Assembly (NCBI GenBank): GCA_963705305.1
Contig: OY970067.1
Coordinates: 5,088,001-5,152,000, forward strand
Length of the DNA: 64,000 bases
Direction of reading: 5' to 3'
From: an uncultured Methylomirabilota bacterium
Lineage (GTDB): Bacteria > Methylomirabilota > Methylomirabilia > Methylomirabilales > 2-02-FULL-66-22
Position numbers and translations under genes: made by a program
Part shown: one piece after another, positions 22,536 to 32,572 of the stretch
Position numbering within the stretch: position 1 is the stretch's first letter
Layout of the letters: the number at the start of each line of letters is the position of its first letter
The notes under the pieces: generated by a model
Databases searched by the model: none
What the model saw: only the letters and a program-made list of their open reading frames with translations
What the model was told of the DNA's origin: nothing

Positions 22536-22596
22536 TAGTTGACAGTTGACAATCGACTATTGATCATAAATATGGCACATAGATTTTCAGTGTCAA
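22536..22596 (-). promoter_or_regulatory. Putative promoter and operator of the gntR-TRAP operon
   Basis: Minus strand TTGACA (22596-22591) followed by TG.CATATT; tandem GTTGACA heptamers at 22538-22551. Confidence 0.5.
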
Positions 22597-22957
22597 TACA
22601 AAAAATAAGAGACGATTCAACTCCGAAATAACGCCTACCTGACAAGTGCCAAGTGATTCGTTACACGAGGATGTGCCAACAGATCCGTGACAGCCCCTTA
22701 GAAACCGCCAATCCCAAGGGCCGGCCTGGGGTACAGGTATCAGGTGGCACACCGTGATTGGCAGGGGGATAGCTTGCGGACGCCAGAGACTGAGACTCGA
22801 GCATTGTCAGCTTCCAGGTGTGCGTGTAACGGATCTTATGGCACTTTTCGCTGTCACGGATCTGTTGGCACTTGTCACCTACCACTTCAGAGGGACTACT
22901 GACGGTCGTGCTGCCCCCACTCTTCTCAACTCTGCGCTCGTGATGCATCCTGGCGAA

Positions 22958-23085
22958 TAATCGGAGACGCTGCAATTTTCGTCGTCTTGGAGTTGGGGGG
23001 CCGGCCGGAATCTAGATCTGGCAGAATAGCCTCTCCAGCAGGGGCGCGTTGGCGCAAGCTGACTAAACTTGCAGGGTCCCCGATA
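22958..23085 (+). repeat. 128-bp element (family 2) copy C
   Basis: TAATCGGAGACGCTGCAA ... TTGCAGGGTCCCCGAT imperfect terminal inverted repeat. Confidence 0.9.
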
Positions 23086-23168
23086 TCGGAACTCGGCAGG
23101 TCAGCCGCTCCCAGTTGGCACTCGCGAATTTCTCCCTGCCGGCCTCGTCGAGGGCTGTCTGTTCCAAT

Positions 23169-23380
23169 CATAATTGGGGACGTTGCCAATTTCGTCAACT
23201 TTCGGCGGTAACGACACCCCGCACCCCCACCCTCTTAACCCTCGGGGGCATCGGCCCCCATAATTGGGGACTCATGCAACTTTCGTCGTCTTTGAACTGG
23301 GGACCCAGGCGGAATCCGGGCTTGGCAGAAAGCTCTCCCTGGCGGAACAAGGTCAGCGCAGGCTGCCAGAACGCACCCCC
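23169..23380 (+). repeat. Two further family-2 left ends (23171, 23261); copy D lacks a clean right end
   Basis: CATAATTGGGGAC occurs twice; 23261-23380 aligns with the interior of copy A (GGAATCCGGG.TGG). Confidence 0.75.
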
Positions 23381-23383
23381 TCC

Positions 23384-24484
23384 TCACCAGGCGGCGATGC
23401 CGTAGCTGGTGTTCTTGCTCCCCCCGGGATTGCGGACGAGGATCCCGCGATCCACCAGGTCCTTGAGGTCGCGCTGCGCCGTCGGCAGGGAGCACTTCAC
23501 CATGGCCTTCCACTTGGGCGCGGTCAGCTTGCCCTCGAACTCCCCGAGGAAACGGTCGAGCACGCTGCGCTGCCGCTCGTTGAAGGGCGTCAGGGGATGG
23601 TGCTGCCAGAACTCCGCCCGGCGGAGGACCCCGGCCGCCGCCTGCTCTGCCGCATCGATGGCCCTCGAGAAGCACTCCGTGAACCAGAGCAGCCGCGCCG
23701 TGACATCGAGATCGCCCCTCTGCGTCTGCTCCAGAGAGGCATAGTACTCCGGCCGCTCCCGCCGGATCTGGCTGGAGAGGCTGTAGAACCGCACCGGGGA
23801 ATTCTCCGAGCGCGCCAGGGCCATATCGGCCAGCGTGCGCGCGATCCGGCCGTTGCCGTCTTCGAGCGGGTGAATGGTAACGAACCAGAGATGCGCCAGC
23901 GCCGCGCACACGATGCCGTCCAGCCGGGGCGGCTCGTTGAACCAGGTCAGGAATGCCGCCATCTCCGCCTCGACCCGGTCGGCGGGTGGGGCTTGATAGT
24001 GCACGCGTTCTTGCCCGACGGGGCCCGAGCGGACCTGCATCGGGCCTTCCGTATCGTCTCGCCACCCGCCCACCTTAATCCGGCGCAATCCCGTGTATTC
24101 CGCTGGAAATAGGGCCGCGTGCCAGCCGAACAGGCGCTCGCGGGTTAATGGCACCCCGAAGTTCTTCGTCGCGTCCAGGGTCATCTCGACCAGCCCTTCC
24201 ACCCGCCGGTCCTCGGGACCGAGCGCCGCATCCGGCACCCCCAGGCGGCGCGCCACCGACGAGCGCACGCTTTCGCGCCGCAGGATCTCCCCCTCTATCT
24301 CTGCGTTCTTCACGGCCTCTTCCGTCACCGCATCCAGCTCGGCCTGGCATCGGAAAGCGGATCCGAGTCGCTCCATCCGCCCAAGGAATCGCCCCTGTTT
24401 TAAGTGAGCGGTTTCCAAAGGTCCTGCCAGCTTGCCAGCGTCCCATCGGAATTTTGGCCAGCCTGGCCGCTCCCATATGTACAT
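23384..24484 (-). CDS. Fic family protein with DUF4172-type N-terminus and C-terminal HTH
   Basis: MYIWERPGWPKFRWD N-terminus; HPLEDGNGRIAR Fic motif; TAQRDLKDLV HTH. Confidence 0.92.
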   Translation of the reverse strand: MYIWERPGWPKFRWDAGKLAGPLETAHLKQGRFLGRMERLGSAFRCQAELDAVTEEAVKNAEIEGEILRRESVRSSVARRLGVPDAALGPEDRRVEGLVEMTLDATKNFGVPLTRERLFGWHAALFPAEYTGLRRIKVGGWRDDTEGPMQVRSGPVGQERVHYQAPPADRVEAEMAAFLTWFNEPPRLDGIVCAALAHLWFVTIHPLEDGNGRIARTLADMALARSENSPVRFYSLSSQIRRERPEYYASLEQTQRGDLDVTARLLWFTECFSRAIDAAEQAAAGVLRRAEFWQHHPLTPFNERQRSVLDRFLGEFEGKLTAPKWKAMVKCSLPTAQRDLKDLVDRGILVRNPGGSKNTSYGIAAW

Positions 24485-24582
24485 ATTCACCTCACTAACT
24501 GATGTGAATATAGATGGATTCGCATCAAAAGGCAATGATATTTACATCACTGTATGATGCGAATAGAGAGAGATTCATCTCA
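24483..24582. promoter_or_regulatory. Palindromic operator array upstream of fic
   Basis: ATATTCACCTCA-N5-TGATGTGAATAT and TATTTACATCA-N5-TGATGCGAATA, plus two half-sites. Confidence 0.6.
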
Positions 24583-24739
24583 AGGCAGGAGGACGAAAGC
24601 GCAGAATGGTTCGAGATTGGGTGTGAGAGGCCCGCTCGACCGGCCTGTCAACAGACAGATGTATTCATAGCCGTCCGTGGTCCGGCGCCATCCCGCCCAA
24701 GGTCCCGCGGGTGATGCGAGCCGCCAGCCTCTTCCCCTA

Positions 24740-26059
24740 CTACTTCTCGGTTTCGGCCATGATGCGCTTGGTCTCGGCGGCGGCCTTGTTCACCGCGGCC
24801 CGGACATCGCCACCTTGGATCGAGGTCACGATGGCCGCGCCGATGGCGTCACGCACCTCGGCCGCGGCCAGCACGGGCGGGTTCCAGAGCGGCAATCCGA
24901 CCTTGGAGCCTTGCATCAGCGACTCGGCCAGGTCGGCAGGGACCTTGGCCTTCCCCTTTGGGTCGTTCCAGACAGACTCACGGCAGCCCAGGATCCCTTT
25001 CTCGATCTGGACGCTCAGCACCTGGGCCTTGCTGGTGGCCCACTGTAGAAAGAGCCAGGCGGCTTGCTGGTTCTTGCTGGTCTTGGGAATGGCCAGGCCC
25101 CATACGTACACCATCGATCCGTAATGTCCCTGGGGGCCACGCGGGAACATGGCATAGCCCACCCTGCCGAGGACCTTGGATTTCTGCGGATCCTCGACGA
25201 CCGACCACAAGCTGTTCGCCTCGGGGTACAGGGCCGCCTTGCCCTGCGAGAAGATGGACGAGGCTTCGTACCAGTGGTTGTTCTCCGAGCCCGGCGGCCC
25301 GTAGAGGCGGAGGAGGCGGCCCCACATGTCGAAGGCCTGAATTCCTTGTTCGCTGTTGAAGGCCGGCTCGCGGGTGGGTATGAGCCAAGTAGCCCCCATG
25401 GCGTGGAGCATGCCGGCGAACACGGAGGTGGCCGCGGCCCGCTTCCCCCTGGCCACAATGCCGAATCCGGGCTGGCCGTCATCGGTCATGGGCTTGCCGT
25501 TCAACGCCTTGGCGGCCGCCTCCAGCTCGGCCAGCGTGGTTGGGACCTTCACGTTATACTTCTGCAAGATGTCCTTCCGGTACATGAGGCCCATGGTCTC
25601 CGACTGGATCGGCGGGCCGATGAGCTTGCCCTCGACCGTCATGGCCTCCCGAGGTCCAGCCAGGAAGTCGGCCCAGTTGTAATCCGGCGCGGTGAGCGTG
25701 GGGTCTTTGAGGAAGGCGTCCACGGGCTGGTACCAGCCCGCCCGCATGTACTTCAGGCCCTCCTGCCCCGGCATGGTCATGAACACGTCGATGCTGCTGG
25801 CCCCCGAGGTGAGTTCGACCAGCGTCTTGGCGCGGAACTGATCCTCGGGGTAGACCTCGATGACAAGCTTGATGCCGGTGAGGGCCTCGAAGTCCTTCAG
25901 GTGGGGCTCAATTGCCGCCTGCCAGGGATGCTTGTTGAGCAGGACCCGGAGCTGCATCCCCTTGAACTGCTGCCAATTGAACTCGGCCGCCTGGGCCACC
26001 GAGGCATACGCCAACCCGAGCAGCAAGGTAGCGGCCAATAGTCTTCGCGTCATCCGCAT
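24740..26059 (-). CDS. Sugar ABC transporter substrate-binding protein (stand-alone)
   Basis: Signal peptide, MYRKDIL..VPTT, AAWLFLQWATS. Confidence 0.88.
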   Translation of the reverse strand: MRMTRRLLAATLLLGLAYASVAQAAEFNWQQFKGMQLRVLLNKHPWQAAIEPHLKDFEALTGIKLVIEVYPEDQFRAKTLVELTSGASSIDVFMTMPGQEGLKYMRAGWYQPVDAFLKDPTLTAPDYNWADFLAGPREAMTVEGKLIGPPIQSETMGLMYRKDILQKYNVKVPTTLAELEAAAKALNGKPMTDDGQPGFGIVARGKRAAATSVFAGMLHAMGATWLIPTREPAFNSEQGIQAFDMWGRLLRLYGPPGSENNHWYEASSIFSQGKAALYPEANSLWSVVEDPQKSKVLGRVGYAMFPRGPQGHYGSMVYVWGLAIPKTSKNQQAAWLFLQWATSKAQVLSVQIEKGILGCRESVWNDPKGKAKVPADLAESLMQGSKVGLPLWNPPVLAAAEVRDAIGAAIVTSIQGGDVRAAVNKAAAETKRIMAETEK

Positions 26060-26675
26060 GGCACATCCTCCTTTACTATTCGCTGGCCTCAGAACCCGTC
26101 CCTGCGCCGCTACCGCTCGTCACGATGCCCCTTTGGGTCACACCGTCCTCGGAACCTATCATCAAGTGTCCCGCCCGGGACAGCAATGCTCTCGCCGGCT
26201 CGTCCAGTGAGAGCATTGAGAATGTGGTCGACCGAGGCGTCTGCACGATCCCCCCACCGCACGAACACGTCCATCGGGTCTGCCGATCATTGCGGTGTCT
26301 CATACCCGATCGGACGGCTTGCTGTGAAGGAGGATCCTCCCGTTGTCATAAAAGCAGGACGTTCCCCCGTGAGAGTCCTGGACATGACGCTTGCGGTGCC
26401 CGGAGGGCGATAGCCCTCATGCAGGGGGGACACATACAAAGGGAGTAGGCTTAATAGACGTAGGAGGCGGTATCTACCGAAGATATGAAACTGGATCGGC
26501 TGACCCGGCCAGGCGGCAGTTCGCGCGCTCCCTCCGGAATTGCGTATCCAAGCAGGAGGCCTCCCGAAAAGCTGTATCACTCGGCCGGAGGACTTGGTCA
26601 GGCGGAGGCGGTGCCGGCTAGGTAGTGGCTGAGGGGTTATGCTGGAGGGTCCCCGGGGCGCCACCTCCGGGCTTC

Positions 26676-27557
26676 TCACCGCATGCGCCTGGCAAGGCGC
26701 GGGTCCAGCAGGTCTCGCAGGCCGTCCCCCACCAGATTGATGGACAGGACCGTGGTCGCGAGGAACAACCCCGGGAAGAGCAGCAGCCAGAAGTCCACCC
26801 GGACGTATGAGCGCGCCTCGGCCATGATGTTGCCCCAGCTCGGAATCTCCGGAGGGGTTCCGGCCCCCAGGAAGCTCAGTCCTGCCTCGATCAGGACGGC
26901 CGACGCCATCACGTAGGTGGCCTGCACGATGAGGGGGGCAACGGTGTTTGGCAAAAGATGCCGCAGCAGCACGCGGGGCACGCGACTCCCCAGGGCCTGC
27001 GCGGCCTCGACGTAGGGCTGTTCGCGCAGGATCAGCACGATCCCGCGCACCAGGCGCACCATCCGAGGGATCTGGGGGATAACCAGAGCGATGATGACGT
27101 TTCGCACGCTGGCCGCGGTAAGCGCCACGAACGAAATGGCCAAGAGAAGATCCGGCAGGGCCATGATCCCATCCATGGCCCGCATGATGAGGTCATCCAG
27201 CTTCCGGAGAAAGCCGCTGATGAGGCCGACGGCGAGGCCGACGCCCGAGGTGATCAGCCCCACCACCAGGCCCACGAAGAGAGATACCCGGCTGCCGTAG
27301 ACGACCCGGCTGTAGGAATCCCGCCCGTACATGTCGGTGCCGAACCAGTGGGAACCGCTCGGCATGCGCAAGCGTTGGGCGGGATTCATATCGAGCGGAT
27401 CCACCGTCCCGAGGTACGGCGCGAAGACGGCGAGGAGGACCATGAGGAGCAGCAGGAGACCACCCGCCACCATGGTCGGATTGCGCCGGATGAAGCGCCG
27501 CCCCTTCTGCCATGACGTCAACTGATCGTAGGGGATGCCGCCCGGCTCGTCGCGCAT
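26676..27557 (-). CDS. Peptide/nickel ABC permease (DppC/OppC-like)
   Basis: HWFGTD.YGRD, YVEAA.ALG, HLLPN, SWGNI, GDGLRDLLDP. Confidence 0.92.
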   Translation of the reverse strand: MRDEPGGIPYDQLTSWQKGRRFIRRNPTMVAGGLLLLLMVLLAVFAPYLGTVDPLDMNPAQRLRMPSGSHWFGTDMYGRDSYSRVVYGSRVSLFVGLVVGLITSGVGLAVGLISGFLRKLDDLIMRAMDGIMALPDLLLAISFVALTAASVRNVIIALVIPQIPRMVRLVRGIVLILREQPYVEAAQALGSRVPRVLLRHLLPNTVAPLIVQATYVMASAVLIEAGLSFLGAGTPPEIPSWGNIMAEARSYVRVDFWLLLFPGLFLATTVLSINLVGDGLRDLLDPRLARRMR

Positions 27558-27594
27558 TTGGGCATACCTTCGGGGACGCCCCGGTCCGGCTGGC

Positions 27595-28536
27595 CTAATA
27601 GCGGATGCGGGGGTCGAACAGGGTGTAGGCGATGTCCACTGCCAGGTTGACCAGGGCGTACATGAAGGCGAAGATCAGCGTCACTCCCTGGATGATCGCG
27701 TAGTCCCGCTGCAGCACCGCGTCGACCACCAGGCGACCAAGTCCCGGAAGCGCAAACACGCTCTCCGTGATGACGACGCCGCCAATAAGCAGGGCGAACC
27801 CTACGCCGATCGTGGTGAGGACGGGAACGGCGGCGTTCTTCAGGGCGTGCAAAAAAAGCACGCTGGTGGGCCGCAGCCCCTTGGCGTAGGCGGTGCGGAT
27901 GTACTCTGATTGCAGCACCTCGAGCACACTGGCGCGGGTGATGCGCGCAAGGAGCGCCACGTAGGCCATCCCCAGGGCGAGCGTCAGGAGGACCAGGTGC
28001 TTGGCGAATGGGATGAATCCTTGGCGGAAGCTCACGTAGCCCTCCACCGGGAGCAGGTCGAGCTTCACCGAGAAGACGAAGATGAGGAGGAAGCCCAGCC
28101 AGAAGATGGGAACGGAAAAGCCCCCTACCGCGAAAACCATGACCGCCCGGTCGATCAGCGAGCCGGCCTTCCAGGCCGCGAGGATGCCCAGCGGGATGGC
28201 TACCAGGATCGCGAAGGTGATCGTGCTCACCGCCAGGGCTATCGTGGGCTCGGCCCGCTGCAGGATGAGCTGGCGGACGGGCAGCCGCGAGTGCAGCGAG
28301 ACCCCCAGGTCTCCCTTGACGAGGCTCGTCACGTACAGGGCGAACTGCACATGGATCGGCTTGTCCAGGCCGAGCCCGGTGCGGATCTTCTGGATAGTCT
28401 CCGGGGTGGCGTAATCGCCGGCGATGATGGCTGCCGGGTCTCCGGGGGCGATGCGCACCAGGAGGAACACAAACACCACCACGACGCCCATGACAGGCAA
28501 GGTTGCCAGGATGCGTCGTAGGATGTACGCCAGCAT
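27595..28536 (-). CDS. Peptide/nickel ABC permease (DppB/OppB-like)
   Basis: PGDPA, GLDKP, YIRTAYAKGL, HALKNA, DPRI. Confidence 0.92.
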   Translation of the reverse strand: MLAYILRRILATLPVMGVVVVFVFLLVRIAPGDPAAIIAGDYATPETIQKIRTGLGLDKPIHVQFALYVTSLVKGDLGVSLHSRLPVRQLILQRAEPTIALAVSTITFAILVAIPLGILAAWKAGSLIDRAVMVFAVGGFSVPIFWLGFLLIFVFSVKLDLLPVEGYVSFRQGFIPFAKHLVLLTLALGMAYVALLARITRASVLEVLQSEYIRTAYAKGLRPTSVLFLHALKNAAVPVLTTIGVGFALLIGGVVITESVFALPGLGRLVVDAVLQRDYAIIQGVTLIFAFMYALVNLAVDIAYTLFDPRIRY

Positions 28537-28616
28537 GGAGAACCCCTTCGACCGGAGACCGGGGCTGCGGGGACCGGCAGTCCAGCCGTCAGCCCCCGCA
28601 GCGAGGCGAGTCCCGC

Positions 28617-30215
28617 CTATTGCTTCACCATGTTCCAGAATACAGTAAAGGGCGTCTCGATGATGTGGCTGAGACGGTCCTTCCGGTAGGCAGCGTACTG
28701 GAAGAACTCGCCGACCGGGACGTACGGGATATCCTCCATCAGGGCGCTGTGGTACTCGGCCAGCCCTTTCTTGAACGCGTCGGTGCCCGGGGTCAGATCG
28801 GCCAGCTCATCCAGCGCCTTGCTCGCGCGGGGCGAGCAGGCCCAGCCGAACCAGGCTTTGTCACAGGCCGTAGAGATATTGGCATGCCCCCAGGGATCCT
28901 TCACCGCGGCGGAGGGAGACGTGGTGTGAAAGATGTGCCAGCCGGCCGGGTTCTTGGAGGGTGGGTCCTTGATCGGCCGGCGCGAGGTGAGCGTTCCCCA
29001 ATCCATAATCTGCAAGTCCACGTTCACTCCCAGCTTTCTGAGCATAGCCGCGGTGGTGAGGGAGGCCGCGTAGATGGCGAGAAAGTCGCTGGGGGCCATG
29101 ACCACGATCTTCTCCCCCTTGTAGCCCGCCTCGGCAAGGAGCTGCTTCGCTCGGCCCAAGTCCTGCTTTTTCAGCAGATCCGCGCCGATATCCGTCTCGA
29201 GCCAACTCTTGCAGCCCAGATAGGAGTAGCAGGTCCGCCAGTTCTGCGAATCCCCGGCGATGGCCTGCAGGTAGTCCGGTTGATTCACCATCAGCATGAG
29301 GGCCTGGCGAGCCTTGACGTTGTCGAAGGGCGGCACCAAGTGGTTCGGGTGGATCTGCATCTGGTAGACATCTTCCAGATACATGCCCACCGCGGGGTCT
29401 TTGCGCAGCAGCAGCCACTGGTCAACCTGTGGGCGCTGGAGGTAGTCCACCTCCCCCTTTTCCAGGGCGGCCACGGCGGTGGACTGGTCGGGGATGACGA
29501 TCCACTCGACGCGCTCGACGTTCACCTTCTTGCCGCCCGCGTAATAGCTGGCCGGCTCCTTGCGGGGCACGTAATCCTTGAATCTTACATAGACGGCCTT
29601 CGCACCCGGCACCCATTCGTTCTCCACGAACATGAAGGGACCCGAGCCGATCTTCGGCCCCTCGAAGGGTTTCGAGGGATCCTGCACCGCCTCCTGCTCG
29701 GGCAGGATGAAGGGCACATAGCTGTACTCCTTGGCCAGCGCCCGGATGGTGAGCCCATAGGGCTCCTTGAGCTTGAGGACGAACGTCCGGTCATTCGTCG
29801 CCTCGAGCGAGGCGGTGCGGGCGAAGAGCTTCTGACCCGCTGCGTCCTTCACCCCCCAGCGCTTGAGGGAGGCGACGGCGTCGGCCGACCGCACCGGCTT
29901 GCCGTCGTGCCATTTGAGCCCGGGACGCAGGGTGAAAGTGTAGGTCAGCTTGTCCGGACTCACCCGATAGTTGTCCACCATCTGCGGCTGCGGCTGGCCC
30001 TTCGCGTCCAGCGCAAACAGGGTGTCGTAGATCATGTAGCCGTGATTCTGCGTGATGTCCGCAGTCGTGAAGAGCGGATCGAAGAACTTGAGATCGGCAT
30101 GCATGACGGCGCGCACCGTCTGCGCCTTGGCCTGGCCGACCACAGGCGGAGCGAACGCAAGACATCCTAAGATCAGCAGTGCCAGGATTCCCCTTGCGAC
30201 CGTGCGTCTTCGCAT
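28617..30215 (-). CDS. Peptide/nickel ABC substrate-binding protein (DppA-like)
   Basis: Signal peptide, IYDTLF, FTLRPGLKWHDG, IGSGPF; GGAGGAGG RBS. Confidence 0.9.
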   Translation of the reverse strand: MRRRTVARGILALLILGCLAFAPPVVGQAKAQTVRAVMHADLKFFDPLFTTADITQNHGYMIYDTLFALDAKGQPQPQMVDNYRVSPDKLTYTFTLRPGLKWHDGKPVRSADAVASLKRWGVKDAAGQKLFARTASLEATNDRTFVLKLKEPYGLTIRALAKEYSYVPFILPEQEAVQDPSKPFEGPKIGSGPFMFVENEWVPGAKAVYVRFKDYVPRKEPASYYAGGKKVNVERVEWIVIPDQSTAVAALEKGEVDYLQRPQVDQWLLLRKDPAVGMYLEDVYQMQIHPNHLVPPFDNVKARQALMLMVNQPDYLQAIAGDSQNWRTCYSYLGCKSWLETDIGADLLKKQDLGRAKQLLAEAGYKGEKIVVMAPSDFLAIYAASLTTAAMLRKLGVNVDLQIMDWGTLTSRRPIKDPPSKNPAGWHIFHTTSPSAAVKDPWGHANISTACDKAWFGWACSPRASKALDELADLTPGTDAFKKGLAEYHSALMEDIPYVPVGEFFQYAAYRKDRLSHIIETPFTVFWNMVKQ

Positions 30216-30356
30216 GGTTCGACCTCCTCCTGTTTGAGGACAAGCCACGAGGACTCGGATCCTCCGATACCCGCGAGCTCTGGTTATGCGAAACAAGGCG
30301 CTCTGCGTCGCTGCCGGGTCCTCCTGCGTCGCCATCTTCGTCCAGTGGCGACCCGT

Positions 30357-31085
30357 TCACTGCTGTCTCGAAGCCGCTGTGCGCTGTAATCGCCCCCCAG
30401 CTTGGTCGAGGTGCTCCTTCATGGCGGCGCGCGCCCTCATGGGATCGTGCCCCCTGATCGCTTCGACAATCGGGATGTGCTCGTGGAGCGAGGAGGGCAT
30501 TCCCTCAACCTCTCGGATGCTCTTGAAGATCCAATTACGAATGATGTGCTGAAGCGTCTCCAGCAGATCAAGAAGAACCTCATTATGGGCGCCGCGCGCG
30601 ACGGCCAGATGGAACCGAATATCGGCCTCGGCGTACCGTTCAACATCTTCTTGGCGCAAGCGCATCTCGAAAAGCCCCTCTTCTATCGCGGCCACTTCCT
30701 CGGCGCTGGCCCGCTGGGCCGCGAGCCCGGCCAACTCCACTTCCAGCAGGTGCCGCGCCTCGATCAATTCGGCCGTGCCGCGCCCTCCCATCAAGAAGCC
30801 GAGCGAGAGGGGTTTCGCCAGAAGGGAGAGGTTGCCGTTCCCCACGAACATCCCGGCCCCGGGAACGATCTGTACGACGCCGATCGCATTTAGTATCTTA
30901 ATAGCTTCACGTATAGACGAACGACCGACGGAAAACCTGGTAACGAGCTCCCGTTCTGTGGGAAGCTTGTCGCCCGGCCTCATCCCCAGGTCTGTGATGA
31001 TGCTGAGGATTCGTTTGATAATCTCTTCGGTGAGATTTGCTCGATGGATGGGGGAATAATGGTCGGTTTCAGCCACCGGGACCAC
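30357..31085 (-). CDS. FadR/GntR family regulator
   Basis: PGDKLPTEREL...VGRSSIREA wHTH; D.RFH FCD domain. Confidence 0.92.
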   Translation of the reverse strand: MVPVAETDHYSPIHRANLTEEIIKRILSIITDLGMRPGDKLPTERELVTRFSVGRSSIREAIKILNAIGVVQIVPGAGMFVGNGNLSLLAKPLSLGFLMGGRGTAELIEARHLLEVELAGLAAQRASAEEVAAIEEGLFEMRLRQEDVERYAEADIRFHLAVARGAHNEVLLDLLETLQHIIRNWIFKSIREVEGMPSSLHEHIPIVEAIRGHDPMRARAAMKEHLDQAGGRLQRTAASRQQ

Positions 31086-31109
31086 CTATGGTGAATCTGG
31101 AAGCTGATT

Positions 31110-31175
31110 CCATCAGACAACAGACAGCAGATCAACTGATGTCCGGAAATATATGTCAGACTTTACCCATGTCAA
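31110..31175 (-). promoter_or_regulatory. Putative promoter/operator of the fadR-dpp operon
   Basis: Minus strand TTGACA-16-TATATT; repeated CAGAC/CAGAT motifs at 31113-31132. Confidence 0.4.
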
Positions 31176-31414
31176 GATCTAGTATAGAACCATAGAGGTT
31201 TCAGCGGGGACCTGCAATCCCTGGCGCCGTTGAGCTGGCGGCCCAGGTTGATACGCAAGCCCGGCAGAAAGGCTTCCGCGACGGGAGGAAACGAGTGCGA
31301 ACTGACGGAATTTATGGCGTCCCCGATTTCTGGCGGCCTGCCTGTCGGTTGACCTGGTAAAATAGATTTGGTATGCAGTGGACGTGAGCCACCGCCGACG
31401 AAGGACGCCGAGAA

Positions 31415-31936
31415 ATGCGATCACGGGACATCCGCTGGGCATATGAGGTCCTGGGTCTCCCTTTTGGAGCCTCGCCCGCCGACGTGCGGGAGGCCTACCG
31501 GGATCTCATCGCCGTCTGGCACCCCGACCGGTTTCAGGGGAATGCCCGCCTGGTGGAGCGCGCCACCCAGAAGACGCAGGAGATCAACGCGGCATATGCG
31601 TTGATTCGCCGCTACGAGCAATCGGCCCCTTCCCATTCCGCGCCTCCGCCCCCGCCGCGCTCCGAGAAGACGAACGGCGGACGAACAACGCAGGCCGGCC
31701 AGCCGCCCTTCTCGGGGTGGCCTGGCCAGGGCCAGCCCCCCTGGATGCGGCGCGGAACGCTCTCCGGGATCGTTTACGGCATCCTCATCGTCGGCCTGAT
31801 TCTCTACTTCCTCGCCGATGTCGAATTCGCGGCGCTGGCCATGGGGGAGATCCTGGACACGCTCGGGGTGGTCGCCGTCGTGGCGTGCGGAGTCTGGCTT
31901 GCGCTACGGGCCCTCCGCGGCACGCCGAAGCGATGA
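31415..31936 (+). CDS. DnaJ-domain membrane protein
   Basis: YEVLGL...WHPDRF...INAAY J-domain; two C-terminal TM helices. Confidence 0.8.
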   Translation: MRSRDIRWAYEVLGLPFGASPADVREAYRDLIAVWHPDRFQGNARLVERATQKTQEINAAYALIRRYEQSAPSHSAPPPPPRSEKTNGGRTTQAGQPPFSGWPGQGQPPWMRRGTLSGIVYGILIVGLILYFLADVEFAALAMGEILDTLGVVAVVACGVWLALRALRGTPKR

Positions 31937-32113
31937 CCTGACCCTCAAGGGCGGACGGCGTCTCCCGCGGCTGGCCTCCCGCGGGACCCTGCTCGAGAAG
32001 TTGGATTACGCTGCTGGAGGGCGCAGCCGGACGGAGGTCAGTCTGCGAAGGCTGGCACAACTTGCACGGTCCCCGATTTTGTCCTCACCGTGAGAGGCCG
32101 GCCGGGGTCGGCG

Positions 32114-32377
32114 TCATTGCCTGGCCTTACACTGCTTGGTGGCCTCCCGGATCGTCAATTTCGCGTTGGCGGCATCCGCAAAGATCGTATCCAGACACTG
32201 GACCAACTTATAGGGATCCATCCCCAGTTCCCGCGAAAGGACGTTCGCTACTTGGATCTTCTGTTTCGACAACGTCTGCACCCAGAGAGAGCCGGGATCG
32301 GCATCGCTGAGGGCCCAGGCCGCTCCAGTGGTCAGAATTAGCCCAAGCATGACCGCTCCGAACACACGCTTTCCCAT
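32114..32377 (-). CDS. Small secreted hypothetical protein
   Basis: Signal peptide ending AWA, two Cys, GGGAGAG RBS. Confidence 0.55.
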   Translation of the reverse strand: MGKRVFGAVMLGLILTTGAAWALSDADPGSLWVQTLSKQKIQVANVLSRELGMDPYKLVQCLDTIFADAANAKLTIREATKQCKARQ

Positions 32378-32572
32378 CTTGGCTCTCCCTGCGGGCAGCG
32401 GATTCCGACGGATCCTCGCCAGGATTTCGCCGCTTGAGCCCGTGGCGGAAACCGACCCCCGCGCCGGCTGACCCTTTCTGCCTTTTCAGTCAAACCGACA
32501 GGACTGCTCTTGTCTAGGCAATTCCACGCCGGCCCGAGTTTGACAACATTTGGACGCAGCCCCAGCGCAACC

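Noticed and set aside
6208..23380. 128-bp repeats as a CRISPR array or integron attC sites
   Set aside because: Repeats are too long, spacing is kilobases and irregular, and there are no cas genes; no RYYYAAC/GTTRRRY core pair and no intI in the window
26060..26675. Possible small ORFs or riboswitch between dppC and the sugar SBP gene
   Set aside because: No convincing motif or structure identified by eye
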